The notes under the pieces were generated by a model. That model saw only the letters and a program-made list of their open reading frames with translations. It made no database searches and was not told the DNA's origin. A stretch of DNA of 64,000 bases from Haplodiscus bocki (lineage: Eukaryota): the NCBI GenBank assembly GCA_965655095.1, contig OZ296648.1, positions 61,256,001 to 61,320,000 on the forward strand. The letters are read 5' to 3'. This document shows, piece after piece, positions 37,891 to 50,499 of this stretch; the stretch's first letter is position 1, and each line of letters opens with the position of its first letter. A program made the position numbers and the translations under genes.

Positions 37891-39020
37891 ATGGCACCCA
37901 AACTGTGGTGTTGTGGATCTTGTCAAAAGCCGTTTGGCCGAGAATCAAATTTGTGTCCATCGGTGTGGCGTCTTGTACGTGGATGGTTTGACTTTAATTG
38001 ATCAGGTATGAACAACGAAGGAGAGAACATTCACAACTCTCTCTGCTTAAAGTGTTCCGAGAGTCGAGTTTTCATCGCCAAAGGCGATCCCAACGCACTT
38101 GACTTCAGAAAATTTCATCACGCTTACGTGAACAAGAAACCGCTGTTGGTAGGAAGATTTATTTTCCACTGAACCTAGTGCTCGCCTAGGCATCTTGAAT
38201 TGTGTCTGAAATCGAGTGAGACTCACACAAAATTCCGATTGACCTGAAAGAATTTCTGAAAACTGAAAGTTGTTAGTAGTCCATTCAGTCAAATATGGTC
38301 ATTTGACTTAGTTTACATGCAGCAAGTCTTGCAATAAAATTCAGCTTTCCGATGCTTGTGCCAGTTGATATTTTGAGTCCTTTTCAATGGGTTGTCAGTA
38401 TCATATCAAAAGCCTCCAAGGCTTGTGCTGATACTCTGAGAGAGATAATTGCGGACAAGAAGGAGAATAGTAACGCCGCTAAGATTTGCGCATACAGACG
38501 ATTTTGACCCAAGAAAATATGGCGGACCAAGAAAGGGAATTTACAGATGCCTTTGCAAGCCCGTGTCGAGGGTGATGCAAGTAAATTTATACCAAAAAAG
38601 CGAAACAAAATCAGCTGTGACCGAGAGAGATACATCAGAACCCTGAAATCCATCTGCAGTTTTCGTAATAAGCTTGACACCAATGCTTTAGTTCCTCGGA
38701 GAATTTTTTGCGATCGTCAGCAGAAGCAGTCTCTTGACAAAGTTGGTTCCAGCTGCACTGTCCCGAAGAAACGTTCCATGCTTGGTTTCCTTCTGCCACA
38801 CTGTCCCATCTCAGAGACCAAAATTGAGAGTCGGTGACCATGTTCTTGTTCGGATGAAAATAGAGACAATTCATCGGGGCTACAAAATAATTCCATGGAG
38901 GGACTGTTGAAGATTGTGCTCATACCTACAACAAACCCTCCTACATATATTTCGAAGGACGGAAACAACGAAGATATGCAAGGTAAATTTAACGAACGTG
39001 AACTGTCAAAGTTCATGCCA
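37891..39020 (+). pseudogene. Polinton retroviral-like (rve) integrase relic with an N-terminal PHD-like finger
   Basis: SETHTKFRLT*KNF*KLKVVSSPFSQIWSFDLVYMQ...VDILSPFQWVVSIISKASKACADTL...ADQEREF...ERYIRTLKSI...IETIHRGYK...IPTTNPPTYISKDGNNEDMQGKFNERELSKF. The C-terminal NPPTY...GKFYExEL motif is typical of Polinton integrases. Confidence 0.85.
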
Positions 39021-39101
39021 GTACCACAACTTCAAGCAGCAGATTGCTGTATCAGCGAATATTAATCGATGTTATCCATCATCGTCATCATTCGGCGATA
39101 G

Positions 39102-40110
39102 CATGACCAATAGTGGCGAGTTTACTTTTAATTTCATTCCAATTGCATCGATCGAAAGATTCCCCCAGAACGAGTTGCCGTGCTCCTCAACCCTCCTTCC
39201 GACAACTTTGACGTTCGCAGATGATTGGCCGGTTGCCATGCTTAAAATATCATGCCTGCTTTGCTGGGGAATGTTGCAAAGAGTTATTCAACTGTTTCAA
39301 GTAATATACCATTACATGAATCAGTGACAAGTGTTGATGATGCTGATGATGACCGTTACATTGTCAGAAAACGTGGAACAGTGTCAATGTGGATGCCTCG
39401 GCAGTTTAGCGCTAGCCTTAACCAACAAATTTTTATTCACTACCGAGATGCGTGTTGAAAAACGTGGTCGTTCTTTAACAATTGACTCAATCATGGAAGA
39501 AATCGTCAGGTACGTTCAGCAGGAGACTCAAATTCAAAAACTTCCGTCAACAGAAAACTGCAACAGTGAAGCAGAAGGATCACCAATGCCGCTGCCCACC
39601 CTTTCATGGCAAGGACACGGCAACATTAGAGCTTCTTCGCTAACTGATGACGATGTGTTTCAAGTATTGGGAATAAGCACAATCACAGACTCTGAAAATG
39701 GAACGGAAAAGATGATGTCTGCTAAAAAAAAGTCGCTCTGATGGCGCTGCTCATCAAACTGAAAATTTTGCAGTGAAAAAGTACAATCAATGGCCTCTGG
39801 ACTCGAATGATGGGAGCCATACATTGTTTGTGTATTACGATCGCGTTCAGATGGAGACTCTCGGTGACGTAGGAACTGGACTGTTGCAATCAACTCTTCT
39901 GAATAGTTACTTCTCTACCTCCTACCGTATCCATCAAGGTCTTCAGCAAGTGAACCAGCGAAGTTTTGGTAATTTGCAGTGGAGGCATATTTACAAATCA
40001 CAATCTCAATCTATCACACTATCTCTGGCGAACAAAATAGGAGGGAAAGTACCTTTCGAGCTCTGGTCGTACAAGGATCACATTGTCACCGAGGCCAAAA
40101 CCTCGATAGC
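39102..40110 (+). pseudogene. Polinton minor capsid (penton-like) relic
   Basis: N-terminal MTNSGEFTFNFIPIASIERFPQNELPCSSTLLPTTLTFADDWPVAMLKIS and C-terminal PLDSNDGSHTLFVYYDRVQMETLGDVGTGLLQ...QWRHIYKSQSQSITLSLANKIGGKVPF match the recalled FP.N...F.T.LP...W.VAL.EI and YCD.V....GD....LLR motifs. Confidence 0.75.
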
Positions 40111-40279
40111 TAGCCAAACATCATCATCCTAAAGTTGCGGTCTTAAACAGTCTGTTGTTGCTGTTTCTGTTATGTTTTTCTTCAATGACTAAAACAGCTG
40201 TGGCCCTACTGCAGAGCTCCCCGCTCACTCGCAAAGCACCATATTTCACGACGACCACCACCACCATTGTGGACGCCCA

Positions 40280-40700
40280 CTGCGAGTCATTTATTTCAAG
40301 CCCTCATGAGTGCGGCGGAGTACATGCTCAAACACTTAGTGGTCCAGCATGAAAAATGGGAATAGGGTGACTTGGGTGCGTTTGCTGTTCGAATGGGAAA
40401 GTTGACATTTTCCGTTGTTCACAAGTGTATAATGCCTCGAGCCAAAGAGGTCAGCAAAAATCTATTTGATGCAATAATACCAGAAATTATTTACATTCTG
40501 GCCGAAAGAAAACAACCTAGTTGCAAACTGCCCACGAACATTGCTCCGCCCTCATTGTTGCAGAGCCCAAAAATTCTCCGACACCACCACCATAACACCA
40601 AAGTGCGGACGGAGCACCGCGGTTGTTGATAGCTGCGTGTACGGGGGGCGCTTGACCAACCGGCGCGCAAGCGGGGAGCTCGATGGATTGAACAAAAAGT
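40280..40700 (+). pseudogene. Small basic Polinton core/cement-like ORF relic
   Basis: ...HMLKHLVVQH / GDLGAFAVRMGKLTFSVVHKCIMPRAKEVSKNL..., positioned between the minor and major capsid genes. Confidence 0.4.
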
Positions 40701-40869
40701 ACACCTGCCGCCAGTCACAGCAAACGCAAAAGAAGTTCAAAGTCGTCAAAGAAATTCGTGATTTCACAAACACCGCAAAGAACAGTTTGTCTGAAATTCA
40801 TTTTTCTGCAGCTGATAGAGACAATAATCATCAGGACTAGTGACAATCTAGCTACAACGACGACATTTT

Positions 40870-41340
40870 CAGGAAGTGTAATTGAGATTGCGAGACCAGT
40901 TACCCACTGAGCTTTGACTTTTTTTTGAAAAACCCAACGTTCTCATCATCTACAGAGGCTCCTACTATTGGGAAGTTTTTCCACATGCTGGTTGTCGATA
41001 TCCGCAATTAGACTCCTTCCTGTCACCGGAAGCAAAAAATAACTCGACTGATTTTAGTCGTGTTCTTTTAGGTTTCAAAGTTGGTGTGTACGAAGAAGAT
41101 GGCAAAACTCGTTTGAAAGTTAATGATAAAAACGTAGTTTTGTCGAACAACACGCTTTACACTTTGTTTTCACACGTTGGATAGTATCTGCTTGGCAATC
41201 TCTTTTCACACAGCAACAACTGCTATGTTCATTCAGCCTTCATTGAAGTTGAACCGACACTGCGTTTGAGGCGACTTGAGCAAAATGTCAGATAATTAGG
41301 TACTTGGCTAAAACCGGTGGTAACACTAAAGCAACGCTAT
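40870..41340 (+). pseudogene. 5' fragment of Polinton major capsid protein
   Basis: PVTH*AL-FFEKPNVLIIYRGSYYWEVFPHAGCRYPQLDSF...STDFSRVLL...VLSNNTLYTLFSHVG*YLLGNLFSHSNNCYVHSAFIE; matches recalled Polinton MCP N-termini (L..F..P, NN.LHSLFS..., Y...A.IE). Confidence 0.8.
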
Positions 41341-44128
41341 ATTAAATGAATTAATTAATTTAATTTAAATAAACAAAATTCATATGCTTTTGCACACCAT
41401 TGGAACTGTTATCTCGTACGTTTTTTTCAGCAATCTTCATAATCAATTTATCTACAAATTTCTTTGATACCTGGAATTCCAATAATTTTTTGACGCAATA
41501 TGTCTTTTTCGCCTGACGAAACATTGTAGAGGATAATTTTCAATCAACCTTCTTAAAATCTTCGAGATACTAATAATTTTTTTATTCAGTGATCTTTTTT
41601 GTGCTGTAATGAAATTAAGGCAACTCTGGGGTATTGGTTTTAACCGGTTGATTGGTTTTACCCGGGTGGCCAGAAATCTATTAGGACTAACGTGTAGTTG
41701 AGATTTTGTAGACCTTTTTTCATTTCGCTGGTCGGAAAAGTAGAATGGTCGATTTCAGTTGTCGTTAAAATAGAATTGTCAATTTCGATCGTTGTAAGAA
41801 ATAAAACCGGTCAGGTCTAGCTCAAAACCTCTTACTTTGAAAATCAGGAGAAGCGCGTTATAATTTCTTTGATATCGGGTGTTTTCATGAAGAGCGGTGC
41901 TTTCATGCTGAGCAGAATGTTCCTGAATGAATATCAGGAACAATTTTTCTATAGAAGCAAAATAATCAATTTCTGCGGGTCAAATGCGTTCAAGCGTGTC
42001 ATATAGTTCAATAGCAAGTTGTTTTAGCTAGAGCAAAAGAGAACACTTTCATCTAAGTGACATTTTTCGTCCGCTGGTTGATGTAGAAGCGAAATCTTGG
42101 CATCGCTTTTTGACTAGCTCTCAAAGTTGTCTTTGAAGCTAAACTGAGCAACCACAGTGTACTAATAACTTGACTTCAAACAGCTGATGTTTAATAGTTC
42201 AGCAAATAACAGTCCGCAATAGAAAATCATGAAACTGTTTTTGGTATAGTTTCCAATCAAAAAGTGTATACTCACATAGGGGTGGTTCACCGCACGGTTT
42301 CGTGGTTACTGCAATAGAATAGCACTTTACAGTCCACAAAGGAAAATCATCATTTTGTTGCAGTGACCACGAAACTGTGCAGTGAAACACCCTCCATGTC
42401 TACTACTGACATTTTCTTAGTGGAAACTATGCCAAAAATCCTCCTTCATGCGAAAAAAAATAAGACCTTCGGTTCAAGTGTTTTCGTGATTCCATCGCTA
42501 ATGAAATCTAACGAATTGACAGGCAACGGGTTCTACTTACAGCATATGCTGATCGCCTACATTTTATACCAAAAGTTATAACAGAATGCAATTCTTATCA
42601 ACTATGAAAATCAACTCTCCGTCCTTTGAGTTTTTTCAATCATACGGGACTTTGGCCGTTCCAGGCTTGTTTTTTACTTTTTTTGTGGAAAATTGATTTA
42701 GTATCTCGAACTTCCATCGCGATTAATAATAGTTCAAAACAAGAAGGCCTGCCGGAGTTGGCCTAAACCCCCCCCCCCCCCCCCGCCGTCCCATATCTTG
42801 TGAAGATACCTAATAACTCGAAATAAAATCGGTAATAGTACATATAAATCAGTGTCACAAAAATAGCTTAAAAAATCCTTCAGAACATTGGCGCGAAGTG
42901 CTTTGCGCAGGGCTCACCAAGGGTAATAAGCAGCTATACAATGAAGACAGTACCTACTAAACTCTCGACTTTAAATTTTATGCCTTTATATGCGGATCTG
43001 AAATATGGATTGGATAATTCAAGAAGTCTGAATGACCAATTTCTTCTGAGAGATTCGTTGCATCTTACGTAACCTCCACAAATTTTACATACCCCAGCAG
43101 TTGCATGTCTATCCCCAGAAGTCAACCTAAAAATTTATATAGCAGTCATAAGGCACTTAGTGCGGTAAAATGCAATGTGTAAAACAAGAATAACGGGAAA
43201 AAATAGTTTTGGGACATTTTTTTGCATATATCTTTTTAGACATGACCTTGAATGGGTAGCATAAATCCGATATTGCATTGCCAATCTTCTTCATGGTCCT
43301 TCCGATGCTGAGTGCGTTCAAGTTGTGTATGCAAACCATGTCTGAAAAATTAGTGGTTATCGTAAAAATTTCGATTTTTCGAGAATTTTCATTATCGGCT
43401 AAAATTTTGCCAAAAAATCGTAAAAACTCCCTAGAATACCCTCTATAATCTTGAATCGGTCCCTGCCACTTATGTTTTAAACGAAACAAGGTTTTTGTTG
43501 GCCGTATAACCGGTGCTTTTTCTCGATTTTTTCGCAAAACTTCTGCCAAAATTGCTGAAAAAAGTTGGAAACGTTGACTTTCTGGGGCAGGAAAAAGCGG
43601 TGTTTTTTACAGCGATTTTACTAATATACATATGCGTCATAGATATATGGTACTGATGCCAAATGAAATATAACGGTTTCATGGAAATTTTTGGAGTTTT
43701 CATTTTGTTTTCGCTGTTAACTTTTTGCGAAAAATTTCCAGACGCCGAAAATTTTGGATATGGTCAGTTGCGACCTTGCCGTTCATTTTTTCAAAAAAGT
43801 AGAATGCTTCCACCAATACGCTCACAGATATAAGACCTCAAGGTGAAGAAAGGCAGGGGATATCACAATTTTAGGATTGGACGATATAAACAGGCAATGA
43901 GGTGTTTGGCTAGCGCAACGCTCGCTGGGAGATATGGTCAAATTTTTCATCAACATTGGGCCTAAGAAAAGCTTTGGAATAAGCAATTGTGAGCTTCTTT
44001 CAGATGATCAGTTACTAAATGTTGCAAAACTCAGGTCGGCACTTTGGCAACTTTGTGACCCCAAAGTTTGAAACCCATGAAAAATTGATCAGAAATCTCG
44101 AAATAGTTATTCTTATGCTGTTTTCTAG

Positions 44129-44415
44129 GATCCCTGGGAATTGCCGCTTTCATCTTCTTCCTCTTTCCAAAATGGTTCTTCTTCAACAGATGCTGCAGTC
44201 ACAAACAACAGGGCCCCGCCTCCTGTACCCGCAATGCGCCAAAACAACCCACCTTCTGTTGGGGGAGGGGGTTTGTATCCATCTTTGAGTCTTGTAAATT
44301 CAACCGTTAGCAGCAGTAGTAGTGGTAGCGCCCAAGGTTCTCCGCCTCCAGTGTTACCCAAACCTCCTAATTTGGGATCTGCTAATTCAGCCAATTTCCC
44401 TTCTATTCCCAAACG
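44129..44415 (+). CDS. Internal coding exon (Pro/Ser-rich linker, starts DPW) of endophilin-A-like SH3 protein
   Basis: Acceptor ctgttttctag|, donor |gtcagt. Encodes DPWELPLSSSSS...RAPPPVPAMR...GLYPSL...SPPPVLPKPP...PSIPK-R; ends phase 2, matching the SH3 exon. Confidence 0.8.
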
Positions 44416-44845
44416 GTCAGTTTGAATTTTTTAACATTGTTTTTGTTGTTGAAGTCAACAATAATTTTTGGTAGTATAAGTAGGAAAATCGTGGTTTTTA
44501 CGCTGATCTTTTACCATAAGTTATTTTATTTTTACAAGTATTTAAAAAGTAAAATTTGCCCATAATGGTTGATTAAGAAAAAATTGAAAGCTGAAAATGG
44601 CGAAAATCCCAAGATTGTCATTTCCTCGCTTTTAATTTAGCTGTTTTCCTCCGGTGTGTACTTGAAAAATTTTTCGTGGAGCATTTTTGAAACTTGTTTC
44701 AACAAAACTAAATTGTGCATCAAAAGATAGCTTAAAGCCTATTGCTTTCTTTTTTCATGTTCCGCCATGTTTATATTATGAAAGAAAAATCAACTCAAAG
44801 CGAACGTTTCTTAGCGCTTACTTGCCAGTTGATAATGTCCGAAGT

Positions 44846-44895
44846 GAAAGTGTCCGATGTTCGAGGGTTCGAAAGTGTCCGATGTTCGAGGGTTC
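44846..44895. repeat. Perfect 25-bp tandem duplication (gaaagtgtccgatgttcgagggttc x2)
   Basis: Read directly: 44846-44870 = 44871-44895. Confidence 0.95.
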
Positions 44896-45499
44896 TGACC
44901 GTGAAAGTTTTTGATCACAGAATTATAGCAAATTTGCCGTACGATGAGACTGAAATAGTAGAATTTCTCAAAACGTACGAAATTTGGGTGTTTATGAAAA
45001 AAACCGAAGGAAAAATACTTGAATTATTTCAAGTTCGCCTTAAAAATGGTGAATTTGCTGTAGAATGAGTATCAAATGATAATATTTCAGAAAACATGTC
45101 TTTTTTCCACCTCAATTGAAGGTTTTTTGCAGAAATCAGAATTTGTCAAAATTTGCTGGAGATAGTATTTATTTTGAATAAAGAAAACTCAAAGCTAGAG
45201 GGCAGAAAATATGCCGGTGATGGCCGGCCGTCTTGTTCGGGCTTAATCTCAAACGGAACCTAAAACCACTGAATGACGATTGAAAGCAGAGAAGAGGACG
45301 AAAACTGAAATTAGGAGAGGAACTTTTCTATGCGTACTTTTTGGGTATGGTTCAGTTCTAATTCTGCTGTGAAAGTGAATGTCTATTTCATGTTATTCAA
45401 TTTTGAGTGGATCAAGAGTAGTTGCATATTTATTCAGTTGGCATCAAAGTATTTGCTGATTCCTTCATTTTTTCAGATATCTCACCTTTACTTGATATT

Positions 45500-48400
45500 T
45501 TTTGTTTACTGGTGTGACTAGCAAGTGTTATGGAATAGGATTGTCAACCACTTTTTTCCCGATCGGTTAAAAACTCACATCGGCTGTTCATCTGTTCTCT
45601 AATACGCAAGCGGGATTTCGGTGGGATTGCTCAGCTTCCTCCAGTGGTGGTGGATGAGAAATTTTAAAAAAGTAAGCACTCAATAGCCAAATGCGTCTAA
45701 TTGTATCATTTTACGAGATTTGATGATATTTGGCTGTAAAATCTTTTTGAACTTTCTTCTGAACGATATTTCTTCGTAGTGTAAACATCGACCGACTGTT
45801 CACTCAGAAACCCGCAATAATGAGAATTCGCAGAGTACCGGGGATGTCCAATTTTGAACTTTTCACCCGAATTGTTTTTTGAAATTCGAAAACTTTTGAT
45901 TGCCTCTTTTTCGAACTTGTTTTTGTTCAAATCTGTTGTTGGGATCCTGGCCTTGCGGTGCTATTTCAAGAAACTTCACTCAGGTGAATCTTTCAGTAAG
46001 CATGGATATCTTGTTCCAATTGTTTTGCGCTACCCATGTTGATTTATAGTTTGGAATTGTAGTTTTCTCTTGGGTATTTTATAAATATATCCATCGAAGG
46101 CTTCTTCTTTGGTAGCGACCATCCAGTGTTCATTGGAATGCCTGCATTAAGGCAAATCTCCGGAGTATCAGGGATGTTTTGTTTCAAACCTTCAACATCG
46201 CAACTTGTAGTTGCATTTTTTACTTACGTCTTTTTTCAAACTTTTTTCGCCCGGAGAATACTGAATGGATTGTATTCATCCAGTCTTCCTTCAAAAACCT
46301 GCAATTTGCGAAGTTTCTGGAGAGCCATTTGTTACCTTCCGCGCAATATTTCGTGACTGGTTCTTAAATTTCTGAAATTTGATACTTTTTTCAGAGTTTG
46401 GTACTGTTTTTGACGTTTGGATTGTTTCCATCCACTGCTCATTCAAAGGCCTTCTGTATGGGAATTTGTGGAGACCCAGGTATATGCAGTTTCATAGCCT
46501 ACTTCTTGTTTTTTTGTAACTTGTGGTTTGAACTCCTGAAACTTTTTTCGTAGCGATCTTCAAAGTTGTTTTTTTTTGGAGACTACCAATCGGATTGCGG
46601 CCATCCAGTGCTCCTTGGTAAACTTGATATATGGAACTTCCCCGGAGTTATCATTTGTATATTAGGTATTGTTCTCAGATATGAAAAAATCTATCCAATA
46701 AAATTTGCTTCTTCATGGAAGTTCTCACACATCTCTGACGAAAAAAAATGCAGTCTTCAACACTAATCCCAGATTTGACTTTTTCGACAGTCTGGCATAT
46801 TTCAATTTTTTTGCTGATCTAAAATTTCGTTTCCATAAACTCGCAAGTCTTTCATTGTTTTGGACAGCTTTTCCATTGTGTCTATGGTTACACTTGCGAT
46901 GCGAGCGGGGAAGTGTATCACGGGCGACGGAAAAATGTTACCTTTTTCTTCAGTCGTACTCTTCCGAGATTCTGACTTACTCTCAGAAGCTTTTTGATTT
47001 CGTATGGGGGTCAAACCAATGATTTCCTGTAACTCCAGAGTTACGATCAAGCGATTGCGTCATCTACTTTTGCGATGTTATTGCTATTAATCGCATAAAT
47101 ATGCAAACTTTGCAGCTGCGCTCTCGCGAATTTACCGAACAATTTTGTTTACGTATAATATAAGCTGCTTTTTGTTGACTGTCGACTGGATTGCAAACTT
47201 GTTGGTGTTTTTGTATATTGATCTTCGGGGAAATTTGTTCAGTTACAGCTAAAGGGTTTGTCATGATTTTTCGGCTAAAAAATCTTCAGTTGTTATTGGA
47301 AGTTCAATAATGTTAATACTTGTTTTTCTCAGAGACTAGTAATCGTAGTGTTTTATTTTGCATTGATTCAACTAATCAATGTCTCGAGAGTCAGAGGAGC
47401 AGCCTTGGTGGTTCATCTTGTGATTTGTTGCAACTCGGAGATGTTGTTCCTTGAGTTAATCCTTGAATGTTTTTCTCTCTAACTAGTGGCCCGGCTAAGT
47501 TCATTGGAAATTGATTCAACTAGCCGTGGCCTGGTGATTCTCTGGAGTACTTTGGATGGTCTTTTTTCTAGTCATAATGCGAAAAATGTTTACTCGTTGA
47601 TGAAAATTGAAGATGTTTTATTTCCGCTGTTCATAATTATTGTTTTTCTCAGTAAGAAGTGAGTTGGAAATGGTTTTTGGTCTAATCTAGTGGTCCCTGT
47701 CTCGAACTTACTTACGTAATGCACGATGATCCTCTTGCACTTTTTTGAGAGAAATCGATGTTAAATTGAAAAGTAAAAGATATTTTTTTATGACGTCGAT
47801 CGCTTGATGGGTTATTATTGACGACCACTTGTTCGATAACGTCCCTTCGGTGTTACTTCGCCCGTTCATTGCTCGCAAGATCTGCCAGGTTGCAGTGGCA
47901 GTTGGTTTTGCACTTTTTTGCCTAATTTTGTTTTTCAAATGTAAAATATAAGTTGTATCGTGCGTCTTTCTTCTAAAGCTTGTTTCTCGGTAACCATTGG
48001 TCAGACTGCGAATGTTTGGCGCTAAATCGACGACCAGTTGCCCCTCGAATTGCTGCAGTATGTGAGAGTGCGTGCTATATGTATTTTTTCCGACTAATCA
48101 TTTTTAATTTTCTGCGCCGTTTAGTACAGGAGTGCACGCAGTGCCAGATTGACTGAATTCAGAACGCCGTTCCAATCCGCTCTGCGCAATTGATATTCCG
48201 CAACAGCATGTTTTTTTATCGGAGAAAACTGTTATGCTTTCGACCGTGGTGGTGTATTCTGAAGAGTGTGGCTCGGCAAAATTCTCCTTCTAGATTGTTT
48301 TCTTAGTACTTCAAGATCTTTTTTCGAGAAATTAGTTTCGCCAAAGTTTGCGAAGCACAGCTTCGCCGCTGTGGTAGCTGTTGTTGACTTTCCAAAGCTA
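45500..48400 (-). pseudogene. Highly decayed repeat-protein gene relic related to 20460-20860 and 32300-33030
   Basis: - strand motif E[HQD]WMxxI recurs at ~46120, 46275, 46430 and 46600 (EHWMVA, EDWMNTI, EQWMETI, EHWMAAI). gattgcggccatcca is shared with ~32750. Boundaries uncertain. Confidence 0.4.
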
Positions 48401-50499
48401 TAGCGGTAAATACTGTATTTTGCAATTGTGACTAAAAGTTTTTGGTAGTTTGTATTTCAAGTTTCTCACACAGACGATCAACCGGACTGATACTGGTTTC
48501 TCATTTGGGGTCTGTTGTGTTTTCAGGCAATTTGTTTCGAAATTGAAATGTCTCCTTTTTATTCAACTTTCGGGCCGAGATTCTCAATTGCTGCCGAAGA
48601 AATAATGTGGCTCTTTCAATTTTAGCCTAAAATTTTTAGTCTTCCAATAATCTATCTGAAAATTCATCGGAGTTTTCGCTGTTATCACAGATTGGTTTTT
48701 TCAAGCGTTTTAAGGTAGGTTAAAAGTTTTTCGGAATCTTATTTTCCATATTTACTTTCTCTCTGCTATTCACTACTACCACAACGAAAAATCTCAAATG
48801 CAGATATACTCAGTGGCGTTTTCTTTTTCTCCTCGTCTTTCCTTTTTCAGATCTTTCTTCGGTGTAAATGGTGTTTTTGATGTTATAAAGTAGGCCAGAA
48901 GTTGCTAATATCGATTTTCCCGAAGTTTTTTGCTGTCTGCTTTCAATGTCAAGTTGCTAGTTAGTAGTTCAAACTAATACGATACAGAAAAACATCTGTA
49001 GCTCAATACAGTATTAATTTCCACATTTGTTCATTATTGAGGGTTTCAAAACACGAAATAGCTATTTCTTCGAGTTTTGGTGAATTTCCGCTCTTTTGCT
49101 ACCTAGTTCTGACTTTTTGATGTCAATTCGTGTGAAACCCAATATAGAGGACATATTCTGTGATGATTGAAAAAATGCTCAGTTTTTCGCTAGAAAATTG
49201 TCCTTATACTGTTATCTTAGTTGGCAAAAACTTGCAATTGTGAGATCATTGCTTATTTCTGACACTTTTACCTTCCGAAGCAACTTTGTGACTCAATTTC
49301 TAAAAGTTCGCCTCAAACGATACGTTTGTTGCTTCAGAGTTTGTCTCAGACGGCTAACTTTATCAATTTTTCTGCTCACCTTTTTTTGCTCCAGGTCAGC
49401 CTGTTTGCCATTATTGCATCAGATAGGGTTACTTACTTACGTGCTGCTGCTCTGAAGAAGTTCAAGTTTCATTTTTGTACGGTGATCTACTCTCTGACCC
49501 CTGAACTAGCCTCCTCGCACCCGAGGCTGCCTACCTTTGGTGAAATTTTTAAACATGAGCCAAAAACTTCATTTGTAACAGATATTTTTTTCCTTTCCTC
49601 TCGTGGAGATTCTCATATTTATATCCGCAGTCAATAAAACTGTGCTGTTTGTCGCAAAAATCCAAGAAGTAATCTTTTTAAAAAAGACTGGAAAACTTCA
49701 GTTTGTGTAATGAGTTAGAACTTCGTTTCGATAATTTGATAAAATTTCATTTCCAGTCTGTAAAGGGTTCAAAGACTTCGAAGATGAAATTCTGTTGACT
49801 GACAGGAGTAGTGTTTCTTGTATTTCTTCCGGATTGATTATAATTGGGAATGGGAAAAATATGCAGGCGTCTAAAAAGGTCTTCCTCCAAGATTTTTCCG
49901 TCGAACAAAAATCGAAAAGAAAATTTTCATTTCAGTAGTCGGAGATTTTTTTCCTGAAACTGCCCATGACGCGTAGACTTATTTGCACGCATATTGCAAA
50001 ACTGTTGGTGCCTTGAATAGTACATATGAGTAGTGTGTTTTGCTATATTGGAATTGAGTAAATTACATATGTATGAAACTTATTATGATACACTCATATC
50101 CGTTGGCGTCACTGGGGTTAGGAAGACAGAGAAGGCGGTTTTCAATCCGCTGTTGGCCATATTTTTCACCTATTTTTAGATACTCGTCGCTTATTTTTTT
50201 TAAAACCAAAAAAAAAACAGTTTTTTGACAAATTTTAAGAGTTTTTTTATAAGCGGGCTCTATTGTTCTCGAAAATTATCAATTTTTCGACGTGATTGAA
50301 GCAAATCGACATTTATCGATAATTTTCAAAAAATTGGGATAAACTTCCATTTTCCAAAAAAGCCGAGAAAAGAACAGTTTATGAATCAGCTAAAAAACTT
50401 AAAGATGTAAATAATTGGATTTTTTTCAGTTTTGGGGTATCATTTTTTCGACTACGCTAGTTTCTCCGGGGTCAAGAAACATTTTACTCCGAAAATGGA

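Larger units (their letters stand above)
36300..41340 (+). mobile_element. Decayed Polinton/Maverick element B (ATPase - small ORFs - integrase - minor capsid - core-like ORF - major capsid 5' part), intronic
   Basis: Five recognisable relic genes, co-oriented, in a typical Polinton morphogenesis-module arrangement; truncated at ~41340. Confidence 0.85.

Noticed and set aside
42768-42784. 17-nt C homopolymer (possible G-quadruplex on the - strand)
   Set aside because: Isolated homopolymer at the edge of repeat-like sequence; length is error-prone and there is no functional context.
41600-43920. Possible transposase relic or DNA-transposon fragments
   Set aside because: Looks repeat-derived, but I could not recover ordered catalytic motifs or TIR pairs.
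44125-44412. - strand 95-aa ORF (and + strand 44019-44288 ORF)
   Set aside because: Shadow frames of the + strand exon 44129-44415, which has proper splice sites and matching phases.
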